A DNA stretch of 64,000 bases from assembly GCA_038064675.1 (NCBI GenBank), contig JBBTSM010000002.1, positions 6,507 through 70,506 on the forward strand, written 5' to 3'. Below the pieces are notes generated by a model, which worked only from the letters and a program-made list of their open reading frames with translations, had not been told where the DNA came from and did no database searches. The DNA comes from Patescibacteria group bacterium. Its GTDB lineage: Bacteria; Patescibacteriota; Patescibacteriia; UBA9934. The position numbers and the translations under genes are program-made. This document shows positions 28,431-38,345 of this stretch, in pieces (position 1 is the first letter of the stretch; each line of letters starts with the position of its first letter).

Positions 28431-29006
28431 TTATGCCATGAATCGTACCTCCGCCGCCGCCCAGTTGAGGTTGGCGAACACGGCGTTCACGTAGTCTGCG
28501 CGTTGTGCCGGCACGTAGTCGAGGAGATACGCATGCTCCCACACATCGAGGGCAAAGAGGACTTCGCAACCGGCGAGGTGGCCGACTTCGTGATCGGATA
28601 CCCAAATGTTGCGCAATGTATTTGTGGTGCGATCGAGCACTAAAAGTACCCACCCAATTCCACGCATCATCGCCATGGCTTTTACTTCATTCTTCCAGCT
28701 ATCGATCGATCCGTAGTATCCAGCAATCGCATCGGCGAGCGGGCCGGTCATTGATCCATCGCCACCAAGGCTCGCGAAGTAGATCTCGTGCAAACGCATG
28801 CCGTTCCATTCGAATGCGTATCGACGAGTAAGCTCGGAAAGCGCAATCGCGTTTGCCTCTGAATCCTTTTTGTATTCATCGATTTTTGCTATGACCGCAT
28901 TTACGTTCTTCACATATCCTGCGTACAGCTTGAGGTGCGCTTCGATCTGTTTCGCAGACAATCCTGTCATCTCTGGAAGGTTGAACCTTGCTTCTGAGTA
29001 AGGCAT
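28431..29006 (-). CDS. Fe/Mn superoxide dismutase family protein
   Basis: H..LYAGYV, NGMRLHEIYF, GIGW, DVWEHAY. Confidence 0.9.
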   Translation of the reverse strand: MPYSEARFNLPEMTGLSAKQIEAHLKLYAGYVKNVNAVIAKIDEYKKDSEANAIALSELTRRYAFEWNGMRLHEIYFASLGGDGSMTGPLADAIAGYYGSIDSWKNEVKAMAMMRGIGWVLLVLDRTTNTLRNIWVSDHEVGHLAGCEVLFALDVWEHAYLLDYVPAQRADYVNAVFANLNWAAAEVRFMA

Positions 29007-29056
29007 AATGAGGCTTAAGAATAGAGAGATGGTAGCACGGGTGTGCTTGCAAAGCT

Positions 29057-30061
29057 ATGCGGATTTTTGCCATTGAAAGTAGCTGTGACGAGACCGCTGT
29101 GGCGATTCTGAACGGAGTCGATGGCGTTCTTTGCGTTGAGTCATCGCTGATCCGATCGCAGATTGATATTCACACCATATATGGCGGAGTGGTTCCAGAA
29201 GTTGGAGCTCGTCAGCATCTCGAGATGATCTCGCCGATGATCGCAAGGATGGTTCGTCCGGATGGTGCGGGTATTGATGCGATTGCGGTGACGGCGGGTC
29301 CTGGTCTTGCTCCGGCCCTACGGGTTGGTGTGGAGGTCGCAAAAACGTTAGCGTGGGCGTGGAGGAAGCCGCTTATCCCGGTTTGTCATCTCGAGGGGCA
29401 CATTTACGCAAACTGGATCGATAGTGTTCCGGAGTTTCCTGTGCTTGCATTGATCGTTTCCGGTGGACATACGGAGCTCGTTCTTATGCGTGATCACGGA
29501 AACTTTGAACGGCTTGGTGAGACGCTCGACGATGCCGCGGGAGAAGCATTCGATAAAGTCGCGAGGATGATGGGGCTTCCATATCCGGGCGGCCCGGCTG
29601 TTGATCGGCTTGCGGTGCAGGGCAACCCGAAGGCTTTCACATTTCCAAGACCGATGATGAATCGAGACGACGCAATGTTCAGTTTCTCCGGTTTAAAGAC
29701 TGCGGTGTTGTATGAGCTGAGGAAGAATGAATCTCGAATGGCGGACGAATCGTTCCGTGCCGACATCGCCGCATCGTTTCAAGAAGCGATCGTCGAGACG
29801 CTCGTCGAAAAAACGATGCGTACGGCGTGGAAGTGCATGCCAAAGAGTATTATTCTCGCGGGCGGTGTTGCGGCGAATGCGCAATTGCGAGATCGGCTGA
29901 AGACGGCAACGGAAGATCGGGGCATGACGATGCATTTGCCGCCGTTTCAATACTCTCTTGATAACGCGGCAATGATCGGTGCTGCGGGATATTTTCGAGC
30001 CGTGCGTGGCATCAGTGCCGATCCGCTGACGTTGGTTGTGGATCCGAACCAGGACATATGA
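29057..30061 (+). CDS. tsaD: tRNA threonylcarbamoyladenosine N6 transferase
   Basis: IESSCDETAVA, YGGVVPE, HLEGH, VSGGHT, DDAAGEAFDK, DNAAMI. Confidence 0.96.
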   Translation: MRIFAIESSCDETAVAILNGVDGVLCVESSLIRSQIDIHTIYGGVVPEVGARQHLEMISPMIARMVRPDGAGIDAIAVTAGPGLAPALRVGVEVAKTLAWAWRKPLIPVCHLEGHIYANWIDSVPEFPVLALIVSGGHTELVLMRDHGNFERLGETLDDAAGEAFDKVARMMGLPYPGGPAVDRLAVQGNPKAFTFPRPMMNRDDAMFSFSGLKTAVLYELRKNESRMADESFRADIAASFQEAIVETLVEKTMRTAWKCMPKSIILAGGVAANAQLRDRLKTATEDRGMTMHLPPFQYSLDNAAMIGAAGYFRAVRGISADPLTLVVDPNQDI

Positions 30062-30498
30062 CCGATACGACCTATAAGACCAATGCTCCTGAAGAAACTC
30101 AGGCGGTCGCCGCCGAGCTTGCGCAACATCTTGTTGGTGGTGAGTTCATTGCGTTGATCGGCGATCTTGGTGCGGGGAAGACCACGTTTACCCAAGGGCT
30201 TGTTGCCGCGATTGGATCGACAGCCCGCGTAAAATCGCCGACGTTTACCGTCATGAATGAATACGCAGTCTCGAGTCACCCAACAATTCGTCGAGTGGTC
30301 CATTGCGATTTCTATCGATTCACAAAGGCAGAAGAACTCGGCGCTCTCGAGCTTGATGAGTATCGGCGGCTTGATACGGTGATTATTGCTGAATGGCCCG
30401 ACGTGTTGCCTACCGTGGCATGGGAACCGACATATACGGTCAGGATCGAACATGAAGATGAGCAATCTCGGACGATTACGATTGAAGAGGGGATGTGA
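30058..30498 (+). CDS. tsaE: t6A biosynthesis ATPase
   Basis: GDLGAGKTTF, SPTF, HCDFYR, EWP. Confidence 0.95.
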   Translation: MTDTTYKTNAPEETQAVAAELAQHLVGGEFIALIGDLGAGKTTFTQGLVAAIGSTARVKSPTFTVMNEYAVSSHPTIRRVVHCDFYRFTKAEELGALELDEYRRLDTVIIAEWPDVLPTVAWEPTYTVRIEHEDEQSRTITIEEGM

Positions 30499-30535
30499 TA
30501 GGGTGATATTATGTTCACCGAATGGAGTTATCGAC

Positions 30536-30659
30536 TAGGACTTTTCCATTTTAGACCAGTTTCGATGAACGATGAGAAATCTTCCGAGGTGTACTTCGTG
30601 GTACATTGAGGAAGATTTCGATATCGTGAGTCGAAAATGGGCAAAATGGGGAAGTCCTA
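30536..30659. repeat. 124-bp imperfect palindrome, same family as 4236-4361 (opposite orientation)
   Basis: TAGGACTT/AAGTCCTA outer stem; core GAAATCTTCC..GTGTAC-TTCGTG-GTACAT..GGAAGATTTC. Confidence 0.8.
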
Positions 30660-30660
30660 T

Positions 30661-31377
30661 ATGAGAACAGCGCGTTTTTTTGTCCCCGCAGATTGGATTG
30701 CGCAAAGCGCGCAGGCCTTTTCGATTCCGGCGGGTTCGATACACAAACAGATTGTTTCCGTGCTTCGGATGAAGCCATCGGATCATATCAGTCTGTGCCC
30801 GAACGACGGAACAGAAATTGATTGTGAAATTACGGAGATTACCAAGGCAGCAATCCTCGGAAAGATTGTTGGATCTCGAACGGCCGAGCCGTTGCGCCCA
30901 TCAATCACTGTGTGTGCGGCGATCACGAAGCGCGACACGTTCGAGTGGACGTTGCAGAAATGCACAGAGATTGGTGCGACGGCGTTTATTCCGATGATCA
31001 CCGACCGCGTGATTAAAAAGACGAAGGAGGTTCCGGCGCGATGGATGGATATTCTTCGTGAGGCGAGCGAGCAGTCTGGCCGGACGACACTTCCAATGAT
31101 CCACGATCCGTCATCGCTGAAGTCGGCAATTGAACAGACGGCGAAGTTCGATCGAATCGTTCTTCACGAGTCGGTTGGAAAGGTTGCGCCAATGCCAAAG
31201 GTTCGCGTGATGGACCACGTTGCGCTATTTATCGGACCAGAAGGGGGATTTTCCGATACCGAGATCGAAGAGCTGCGATCGGCGGGATCGACGATCGTTC
31301 AGATCGGCGACCTGGTGATGCGCGCCGAAACCGCGGCCACGGTTGCAACGGCGCTTATTCGATTTGGGGCAATATAG
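30661..31377 (+). CDS. rsmE: 16S rRNA m3U1498 methyltransferase
   Basis: VLRM, QKCTEIG, EASEQSGR, IGPEGGF, MRAETA. Confidence 0.93.
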   Translation: MRTARFFVPADWIAQSAQAFSIPAGSIHKQIVSVLRMKPSDHISLCPNDGTEIDCEITEITKAAILGKIVGSRTAEPLRPSITVCAAITKRDTFEWTLQKCTEIGATAFIPMITDRVIKKTKEVPARWMDILREASEQSGRTTLPMIHDPSSLKSAIEQTAKFDRIVLHESVGKVAPMPKVRVMDHVALFIGPEGGFSDTEIEELRSAGSTIVQIGDLVMRAETAATVATALIRFGAI

Positions 31378-31460
31378 TCAGAAAGTTGTTCTTTTTTGGA
31401 ATTTTTGTTAGGATTTTCTGTCCCGAGCATCTCGCTCGGTGGCAGCCACACAGGTGATTC

Positions 31461-32627
31461 GTGGATTCTCCTCTCTCCATCGCCGTTCGCCGCGGTCTCG
31501 TTCGCGAGCTTGTCCAATATCCGCTCTCCTACGAGGAGATCGGGCAGGTGCTCGGCTTCGATGTCAGTACGATTGCGAACGACATCAGTGCGCTCCGGCG
31601 GGCAGGCGATCCGATCGCTCGCTCGAAGCCGTCGTACGCCGTACGACTCGCGGTCTACGTGCAGACCCTCAACGCGGAATCGCTGGATCTGAGTCCGGAG
31701 ATCACGATCGAGGTGCAAAAAGCGCTCCATTTCGGCCTCAACCTCGACGGGTTCGAAGTGGTGACGCGTGCCATGATCGATGGCATCAACATGGCCCGTG
31801 CGCCGAAGATTCCGCCCCATCTCTGGAACACCCAGCGGCTGGTGCACGCCATCTTCGGCTATGCCGCGCCCATCGACCAGTTCCTTTTCCGGCCGTGGGA
31901 TCCGCGTTTCAACGGACGCAAGATCGATCTTGCGGACGAAATGGCACGGCAGTGGTATCCACGGATGCTCTCGAGCGGCGTCGATCTCGTGAGCACGGTG
32001 AAGAATCATGTGGATCTCGCCCGCCAGTTCGTGGCGTTCCACGTGTACGAAGGGCAAGTGATGGAGCACCATATCGCTCCCATCAATCCGGATCGTCCGG
32101 CCAGCTGCCGCGCGGACGTGGTGGTGGGCAACGCCGTCAAGGAGCGGCTGGACAATGCGCTGGCCGCGCTGAGCAGTCGTTATCGTGAAGTGCTGCGCCT
32201 TCGTTACCCGGAAGACGGGAGTGAGGGGGAAGAGCTGTCCAAGATCGGGAAGCGCATGGAGCTCAGCCGCGAGCGCATCCGGCAGATCGAAGCCGAGGCT
32301 CTGAAAGAGATGCGAACGTTCCTCGTGGCGGACGACGTTGACATCCATCCGGTGTCCACGTTCGCCGCCGTGGTTGCGAATGTTCGGAATCTGGCCAGGC
32401 GCTACACCCCCGAGAATCCTGCCGATCTCTACCTTACCGGTTCCATCGCCGAACTCAATCTCTCGCCTCGTGCACAGGCGGTGATCGAGGAGCTCGGTTT
32501 GAGTCGGGTCTTTGAACTTCGCGGGGAAGGCTCTGGAAATATTCTCCATGCGGTGAACGGGGGGCGGAGTGTGGCCGATGAAGTGAAGTCGGCGCTCGAT
32601 AGGATCGAGGCTCGCTCGAAATGCTGA
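31461..32627 (+). CDS. HTH + sigma70 region 4 + RNAP alpha-CTD-like fusion protein
   Basis: 'LSYEEIGQVLGFDVSTI'; 'LSSRYREVLRLRY...LSKIGKRMELSRERIRQIEAEAL'; 'SIAELNLSPRAQAVIEELGL'. Confidence 0.75.
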   Translation: MDSPLSIAVRRGLVRELVQYPLSYEEIGQVLGFDVSTIANDISALRRAGDPIARSKPSYAVRLAVYVQTLNAESLDLSPEITIEVQKALHFGLNLDGFEVVTRAMIDGINMARAPKIPPHLWNTQRLVHAIFGYAAPIDQFLFRPWDPRFNGRKIDLADEMARQWYPRMLSSGVDLVSTVKNHVDLARQFVAFHVYEGQVMEHHIAPINPDRPASCRADVVVGNAVKERLDNALAALSSRYREVLRLRYPEDGSEGEELSKIGKRMELSRERIRQIEAEALKEMRTFLVADDVDIHPVSTFAAVVANVRNLARRYTPENPADLYLTGSIAELNLSPRAQAVIEELGLSRVFELRGEGSGNILHAVNGGRSVADEVKSALDRIEARSKC

Positions 32628-32750
32628 TCTCTAGCTTCGACGAGATCTGATCGGCAACAGAACGGGTTCTGGGTACAACGCCCGCGTGGGCCGCCTTCAG
32701 GGGCGGCCCACTTTCTTTTCGAATGATTTCTTAAACCATAGGAGCGATTT

Positions 32751-32825
32751 GGCGATCTCGTGATGCGCGCTGAGACTGTGGCCATCATCGGCACGGCGCT
32801 GATCCGATTCTCCACAATAGGCTAG
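32751..32825 (+). pseudogene. diverged duplicate of the rsmE 3' end
   Basis: GDLVMRAETVAIIGTALIRFSTIG* compared with rsmE GDLVMRAETAATVATALIRFGAI*. Confidence 0.8.
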
Positions 32826-32869
32826 GGTTGATCATGGTAGAATATTTTACCATTTCATGGGGTGCTTTC

Positions 32870-33226
32870 ATGCTCGGAGTTTACCTGAAGCCTGTCGATC
32901 GTGCGGAACTTACTGCCCTTCTGCAGGCCAGATCCAATCGGCCCGAGCGGTACAGGCTTTTTCGGGAAGTACATCGACTCGTTGATGTGCTTGAGTTCTT
33001 GCGCGCGCAAGCAAATACCGTGCAAGACCTTCGTGACCTTACCACTCGCTTCCCGGGAAATCCGGAGCTGAACAACCCCGCCGATACGCGGCCGGTGAGT
33101 CGTGTGGTCCGTTGGATGGAAAGCCATGGTGTCGTGAAGCGCAGGATGCTTGGCTACCAGCTTTGCTGGGAATCTGAAGATGCTTTCGGAATGCACGTTC
33201 TCGATCTCGTGTGGGGTCGGCGATAG
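32870..33226 (+). CDS. hypothetical protein (possible wHTH)
   Basis: 118-aa ORF downstream of a TGgTAGAAT -10 box. Confidence 0.5.
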   Translation: MLGVYLKPVDRAELTALLQARSNRPERYRLFREVHRLVDVLEFLRAQANTVQDLRDLTTRFPGNPELNNPADTRPVSRVVRWMESHGVVKRRMLGYQLCWESEDAFGMHVLDLVWGRR

Positions 33227-33436
33227 CGCATTGGAATCGCATACGCTCTCGAGCCACCAAACGGTGTGGCTCGTTGCTGTTTTTGTTGAGTTCTTTTGAG
33301 AATTATGCTAGGGTTCTTGGTCATTATCCATGACGCCAATTTTAGAGTTCGTACAAAAATGGGAGGAATCTAGAGGGATTTCACGAGTATGAATTCTTGG
33401 GCGACGCGCTTCTTCCGAATGGTGGAGCGCGTCGTT

Positions 33437-35308
33437 TTATAATCCGAGGTTCCGTTTTACTTCTTCAATCGACGTGATGCCGTCAACTGCCTTCAAGAGA
33501 CCATCTTGGGTCATGGTTACCATGCCCTGTACTTTACCAAGTTCTCGCATGTCGTACTCACTGATAGTGCCTTTTTCGATGATCGTCTTTTCAAGATCCA
33601 CGGTTTTGATCAGAATCTCGTACGCACCAACGCGGCCTTTGTAGCCGGTGTTATTACATTTGTCGCAGCCTTTTGGCCCGTAGAATTTAAGATTTGCGGT
33701 ATCCACCTTCGCTTCGCCGGATGCTTCCGGAATTTCGTCCAGATGTTTTTTGACGTCCACGAGTGTTTCCGTGTCGATTTCCACGATCTGTTTACACTCT
33801 TTGCAGAGTTTGCGTAGCAGACGCTGACCCATGATTGCGTTTAACGCTGGAGCAAGAAGATGCGGTGCGAGTCCCATCGATAAGAATCGCGGAATGGCTC
33901 CGGCGGCATCGTTGGTGTGAATTGTTGAAAGGAGAAGGTGACCGGTGAGTGCGGCCTGAACAGCAATCTCGGCAGTGTCGAGATCGCGAATTTCTCCAAC
34001 CATCACGATGTCTGGATCTTGACGGAGAATCGAGCGCAGACCTTTCGCAAAGGTGTAGTCCTTACTGTAGTCAATTTGGCTCTGGTTGATGCCTTCGACT
34101 TTATATTCCACCGGATCTTCGAGGGTGATGATTTTCACGTCTGACGTGTTGAGCTTGCGGAGAATAGCGTACAGCGTGGTGGTTTTACCGCTTCCCGTTG
34201 GTCCGGTGGTAATAATCATGCCGTTTGGCTTTTCGATTTCTTTCTGGAGTTTCTTCAACGATGCTGGGCGGAAGCCGAGTGCTTCGAATTCGACGGCGAT
34301 CGAATCTGGATTGAGCAAACGCATAACCACAGATTCTCCGAAGGATGTCGGGATCGTTGAAACACGAACGTCAATTTCTTTGTTTTTTTGGTAAATCGTA
34401 AATCGACCGTCCTGTGCTTGGTCGTTCACGTTAATTTTTAAGCTCGAGATGAGTTTGATGCGTCCGATAATCTTTTTCCATTGGTCTGCGGCCAGTTTCG
34501 CGACATCCTGAAGGATGCCGTCTACCCGGAAACGCACGGCAATACCCTTCTCTTCGGCTTCGATGTGGATGTCGGAGGATCCGAGTTTGAGCGACGCAGC
34601 GATGACGACGGCAATGACATCAGTAACGTTGGAATGCTCCAGAACGCCGGCGATAGACGAGAAATCCGTCATCTGCGCTTGGAACTTCACAATTTCCTCT
34701 TCCGTAATTTGTACGCCTTTGACGATTGGCTTGATCTTCGGCAGCGCATCGTACATCTTGATACCTTGTACGAAGCTTTCTTCGCTCATGATGTACACTG
34801 CGGTGTTGGTTTTGTGCCGTTCGCCAAGCTCGAATGCAAGTTCTTTGATACGGGGATCTTCCGGTTGCGTAGATCCAATGCGAAGTTCCGGGCCGGTGAA
34901 CAGAAACGAAATCGCTTTAAGTTGCTTTGCCTGCTCCTCCGGAATGAGCACGAGTGCATCTGGACTAATTGGGAATCCCTTGAGGTTGATGTAGGGAATC
35001 TTTTTGGTTTGCGATGCACGCTCTACCTCTGTTTCCCGTTCGCGAAGCGAGATGTTCTGCATTTTTTCCGTCAACTTGGACGATGTTTCGTTGCCGCCAA
35101 TGATGATGGATGCTTTCGCGGTAGGTGGGGGAGTCGCTGGTGCTTCAACGACGGAGGCCGGTGCTGAAGTGGTTGGGCCTGGCGTTTGTGTTGCGGTTGG
35201 GATTGTCGCGGGTTCGGTTGAAGTTTGTGCAACCGTAACTGGAGCCGGTGTGCTATCGGCGGTTTTCTTTTTCAACAGGTCTGCAATGGATGGAAGGTTT
35301 CCTGGCAT
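33437..35308 (-). CDS. type IV pilus / T2SS assembly ATPase (PilB/GspE family)
   Basis: SDIHIE, QDGRF, GPTGSGKTTTLY, LEDPVEY, LRQDPD, GEIRD, CxxC...CxxC. Confidence 0.95.
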   Translation of the reverse strand: MPGNLPSIADLLKKKTADSTPAPVTVAQTSTEPATIPTATQTPGPTTSAPASVVEAPATPPPTAKASIIIGGNETSSKLTEKMQNISLRERETEVERASQTKKIPYINLKGFPISPDALVLIPEEQAKQLKAISFLFTGPELRIGSTQPEDPRIKELAFELGERHKTNTAVYIMSEESFVQGIKMYDALPKIKPIVKGVQITEEEIVKFQAQMTDFSSIAGVLEHSNVTDVIAVVIAASLKLGSSDIHIEAEEKGIAVRFRVDGILQDVAKLAADQWKKIIGRIKLISSLKINVNDQAQDGRFTIYQKNKEIDVRVSTIPTSFGESVVMRLLNPDSIAVEFEALGFRPASLKKLQKEIEKPNGMIITTGPTGSGKTTTLYAILRKLNTSDVKIITLEDPVEYKVEGINQSQIDYSKDYTFAKGLRSILRQDPDIVMVGEIRDLDTAEIAVQAALTGHLLLSTIHTNDAAGAIPRFLSMGLAPHLLAPALNAIMGQRLLRKLCKECKQIVEIDTETLVDVKKHLDEIPEASGEAKVDTANLKFYGPKGCDKCNNTGYKGRVGAYEILIKTVDLEKTIIEKGTISEYDMRELGKVQGMVTMTQDGLLKAVDGITSIEEVKRNLGL

Positions 35309-35310
35309 GG

Positions 35311-36303
35311 TTATCGAGAGAGCGCGCGGCGTGTGTGATGATGGAATCGTGAAGCAAACGGTGCGCGGTCCAGATACTCAGCGAGTAATGTCCACACGGC
35401 GTACGTAAATGTGGTCATGAATCCGGCCATGCAGACGGTAAACACCATGGCGGCGAACGTTCCAATGAGCGCAATGCCAATCATGATGCCGAGTGATCCC
35501 TGCGCGAGTGCTTCAGCAAAAAGGAATCCGGTTGGGAGTGCAAGGACTGTCAGGCCAAAGAAGAATGCAATCGTGAGCACGAGGTTTGCGGCAAAGACAA
35601 GGAGCGCCACTTCACACGCCACCAATGGGTGCCGCATGAATCGCGCGCAGCCTTCCCGAATTCCATCGAGGATAGAGACGTGTTCTTCGCCAACCGCGAT
35701 TAACGTGAGCATGGCAATGACATTTAGGACGAATGCAACAAAGAGCGTTGCCGCAGCGAGGAGAATTGCTGTTGCGCCGCCCGCAGGAATGTTGGTTGGA
35801 AGCTCGCGGATCAATGCTCCTCCGCCACCAAGTACGATGAAGATCGCAACATGGAAAAGGAGGTCGACGCCGAGAATACGGAGGAAGTGATGATGATGGA
35901 GCGCGCGAAGGAGGTCGCGACCGGTGAGGCGCTTTTTTCGGTGTACTGATCGGTGCATTGCTACAAGGAGGAGCTGTTGGCACAGCGTCACGATGAATGA
36001 TCCACCAAGAATAACAGCGCAAATACCGAGTGTAGCGGTAATGATATGCGCGGTGCCAGAAGACAATACAAGCCCGGCGTAGCTGCGGATGAATGTTGCG
36101 AAGTCTCCGCCGATAATGTTCACCACATCAATGCCTGGCGTGAGCGCAATCTCGGCTTGTTGCAACAGGTCGTTCACCACAACGCCGGTGCCAGCCAAGC
36201 CAGCAAGAACGGCAAAGGGCCAAAGCTCTTTGTGTTCCCACGCGGTTTGCAATGCACGCCAAAGCATTGGTCGGTAAATTGGACTTTCACTTTTCATTTT
36301 CAT
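35311..36303 (-). CDS. multi-pass membrane protein
   Basis: about 7 hydrophobic helices; GGAGG RBS before ATG 36303. Confidence 0.7.
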   Translation of the reverse strand: MKMKSESPIYRPMLWRALQTAWEHKELWPFAVLAGLAGTGVVVNDLLQQAEIALTPGIDVVNIIGGDFATFIRSYAGLVLSSGTAHIITATLGICAVILGGSFIVTLCQQLLLVAMHRSVHRKKRLTGRDLLRALHHHHFLRILGVDLLFHVAIFIVLGGGGALIRELPTNIPAGGATAILLAAATLFVAFVLNVIAMLTLIAVGEEHVSILDGIREGCARFMRHPLVACEVALLVFAANLVLTIAFFFGLTVLALPTGFLFAEALAQGSLGIMIGIALIGTFAAMVFTVCMAGFMTTFTYAVWTLLAEYLDRAPFASRFHHHTRRALSR

Positions 36304-36341
36304 ACTCCTCCGAGAATGAGCAAAGTATACCACTCAAAAAC

Positions 36342-36370
36342 AAAACCACGATCGCGAGGATCGTGGTTTT
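36342..36370 (-). terminator. ftsH terminator
   Basis: AAAACCACGATC-GCGAG-GATCGTGGTTTT. Confidence 0.7.
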
Positions 36371-36375
36371 TGTCA

Positions 36376-38232
36376 CTAGCCCTGTACTGGAAGTGGTACA
36401 AGAGTTTCCGCTTTTACTGCTGGACCGATGAGGGCAATGAATTCCTCCTTCTCGATGGTTTCCTTTTCAAGCAAGTGCTTCACGATAGCGTCCATTTGCG
36501 TGCGTTGCTTGCGGATAATTCCGCGAGCAGTTTCCTTTGCGGCATTGAGGAGCACGTTGATTTCGTCGTCGATGCGTTCTGCAATCTTTTCCGAATATCC
36601 GCGCTGCTCATTCATCTGCTTTCCAAGGAAAATCATCTCGTCTTGTCCGCCGTATGTGCGAGGGCCAAGCGCGTCGCTCATGCCGTACTGGGTAACGAGT
36701 TCACGAGCGAGATTCGTTGCACGTTGAAGATCGTTTGACGCTCCTGTTGTCAGATCCCCGAAGATTTCCTGTTCGGCAACGTAGCCGCCGAGCATCATCG
36801 CAAGTTCGTCTACGAATTCACGGCGTGAGTGCATCTTCTTGTCCTCGTCTGGAATGCTCATGGTGTATCCAGCAGCACGACCACGAGAGATAATGGAGAC
36901 TTTGTGCACGTCGTCGCAGTGCGGAAGCATGTGGCCAACAATGGCGTGGCCAGATTCGTGATACGCCGTAATGCTTCGTTCAATAGGGGAGAGCATGTGG
37001 CTCTTGCGTTCTGGCCCGAGCAATACCTTCTCGATGCTATTGAGCAAATCTTCTTGCATGATGGTTTTGCGATTGCGGCGCGCAGCGAAGATTGCGGCTT
37101 CGTTCATGATGTTCATGAGGTCGGCTCCAGAAAGTCCGGTGGTGCGTTCTGCGACGCGCTTCAAATCCGCGCTTGCATCAAGTGGCTTGCCTTCGGCGTG
37201 GATTTTGAGAATCGCCTCGCGATCCTTCAAGTCTGGACGATCAAGCGTGACGCGACGATCGAAGCGTCCTGGACGAAGCAATGCGGAATCGAGGACGTCT
37301 GGGCGGTTTGTTGCAGCAATCACGATGACGCCAAGGTTCGGCTCGAAGCCGTCCATTTCCACAAGAATCTGGTTGAGCGTTTGCTCGCGCTCGTCGTGTC
37401 CGCCCCCAAGGCCAGCACCACGCTGACGACCAACCGCATCGATTTCGTCGATGAAGACGATGCACGGCGCAGCTTTCTTTGCCTTTGCAAACAAGTCACG
37501 GACGCGGCTTGCGCCAACACCCACAAACATTTCAACGAATTCGGATCCAGAGATATGGAAGAACGGCACTTCGGCCTCGCCAGCAACGGCGCGAGCAATG
37601 AGGGTTTTACCGGTTCCTGGAGGGCCCATGAGGAGCACGCCTTTTGGAATTTTTGCGCCGAGGTCGGCGAATTTCTTTGGGGTTTTAAGGAATTCAACAA
37701 TTTCAGAAAGCTCTTCCTTCGCCTCAGGATTTCCTGCAACGTCGGCAAATGTAAGCTTGTTCTTTTTGTTCGTCACTTCGCGTGCGCCGCTTTGGCCGAA
37801 TGTCATGGCTTTGCTGTTCGCGCCTTGCATTTGGCGAAGCAAAAACCACAGCACCACGGAAAGAACGATGACGATTGCTGCCGTCGGCAAGACGTTTCGC
37901 GCAAAGGTGACCGCTGCGCTTGGTTCGTCGATTTGCACCGTAAGGCCGGAGCGAATTTCCGAGCTGACGTTGTCGCTGTCCAACAGATCGTTAAACGACT
38001 GGCCAGGTTCTTTTCGCGCAACAAACACCGTGTTGTCCGTGCTGGTTGCGGTGACAGTGTCTTCAACGACGGTTACTTTTGTGATTTCTTTACTCTCGAT
38101 TTTATCCATGAGCGCCGAAATGCTTACCGATTCCGTTTTGGTTTGCGACGGGATGGTTGCATTGGCGAAAATGACACCGAGGACGACGAGCACAAGAAGG
38201 AATCCGATGGCATTTTTTGATAATGGTTTCAT
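36376..38232 (-). CDS. ftsH: ATP-dependent zinc metalloprotease FtsH
   Basis: 2 [28 protein letters not shown]. Confidence 0.97.
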   Translation of the reverse strand: MKPLSKNAIGFLLVLVVLGVIFANATIPSQTKTESVSISALMDKIESKEITKVTVVEDTVTATSTDNTVFVARKEPGQSFNDLLDSDNVSSEIRSGLTVQIDEPSAAVTFARNVLPTAAIVIVLSVVLWFLLRQMQGANSKAMTFGQSGAREVTNKKNKLTFADVAGNPEAKEELSEIVEFLKTPKKFADLGAKIPKGVLLMGPPGTGKTLIARAVAGEAEVPFFHISGSEFVEMFVGVGASRVRDLFAKAKKAAPCIVFIDEIDAVGRQRGAGLGGGHDEREQTLNQILVEMDGFEPNLGVIVIAATNRPDVLDSALLRPGRFDRRVTLDRPDLKDREAILKIHAEGKPLDASADLKRVAERTTGLSGADLMNIMNEAAIFAARRNRKTIMQEDLLNSIEKVLLGPERKSHMLSPIERSITAYHESGHAIVGHMLPHCDDVHKVSIISRGRAAGYTMSIPDEDKKMHSRREFVDELAMMLGGYVAEQEIFGDLTTGASNDLQRATNLARELVTQYGMSDALGPRTYGGQDEMIFLGKQMNEQRGYSEKIAERIDDEINVLLNAAKETARGIIRKQRTQMDAIVKHLLEKETIEKEEFIALIGPAVKAETLVPLPVQG

Positions 38233-38345
38233 AGGAAATTGAAGCATCAATGTTTCGAAATGATGACAGAAAAAAGCCCAAAAAGCAAACGAGCCGCCCT
38301 TGCGTGGGGCGACCCGTCGTGCCTGATGAATGTGTGCTCTGGTTG

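Noticed and set aside
33288-33397. Another member of the long palindrome family
   Set aside because: Only patchy pairing and no GTAC-loop-GTAC core; too weak to call.
36829-38220. Long antisense ORFs (463 aa opposite ftsH; also 49370-50878, 52927-54021, 43936-44952, 31299-32549, 26662-27576)
   Set aside because: They are shadow frames of real genes caused by codon bias and have no recognisable motifs.
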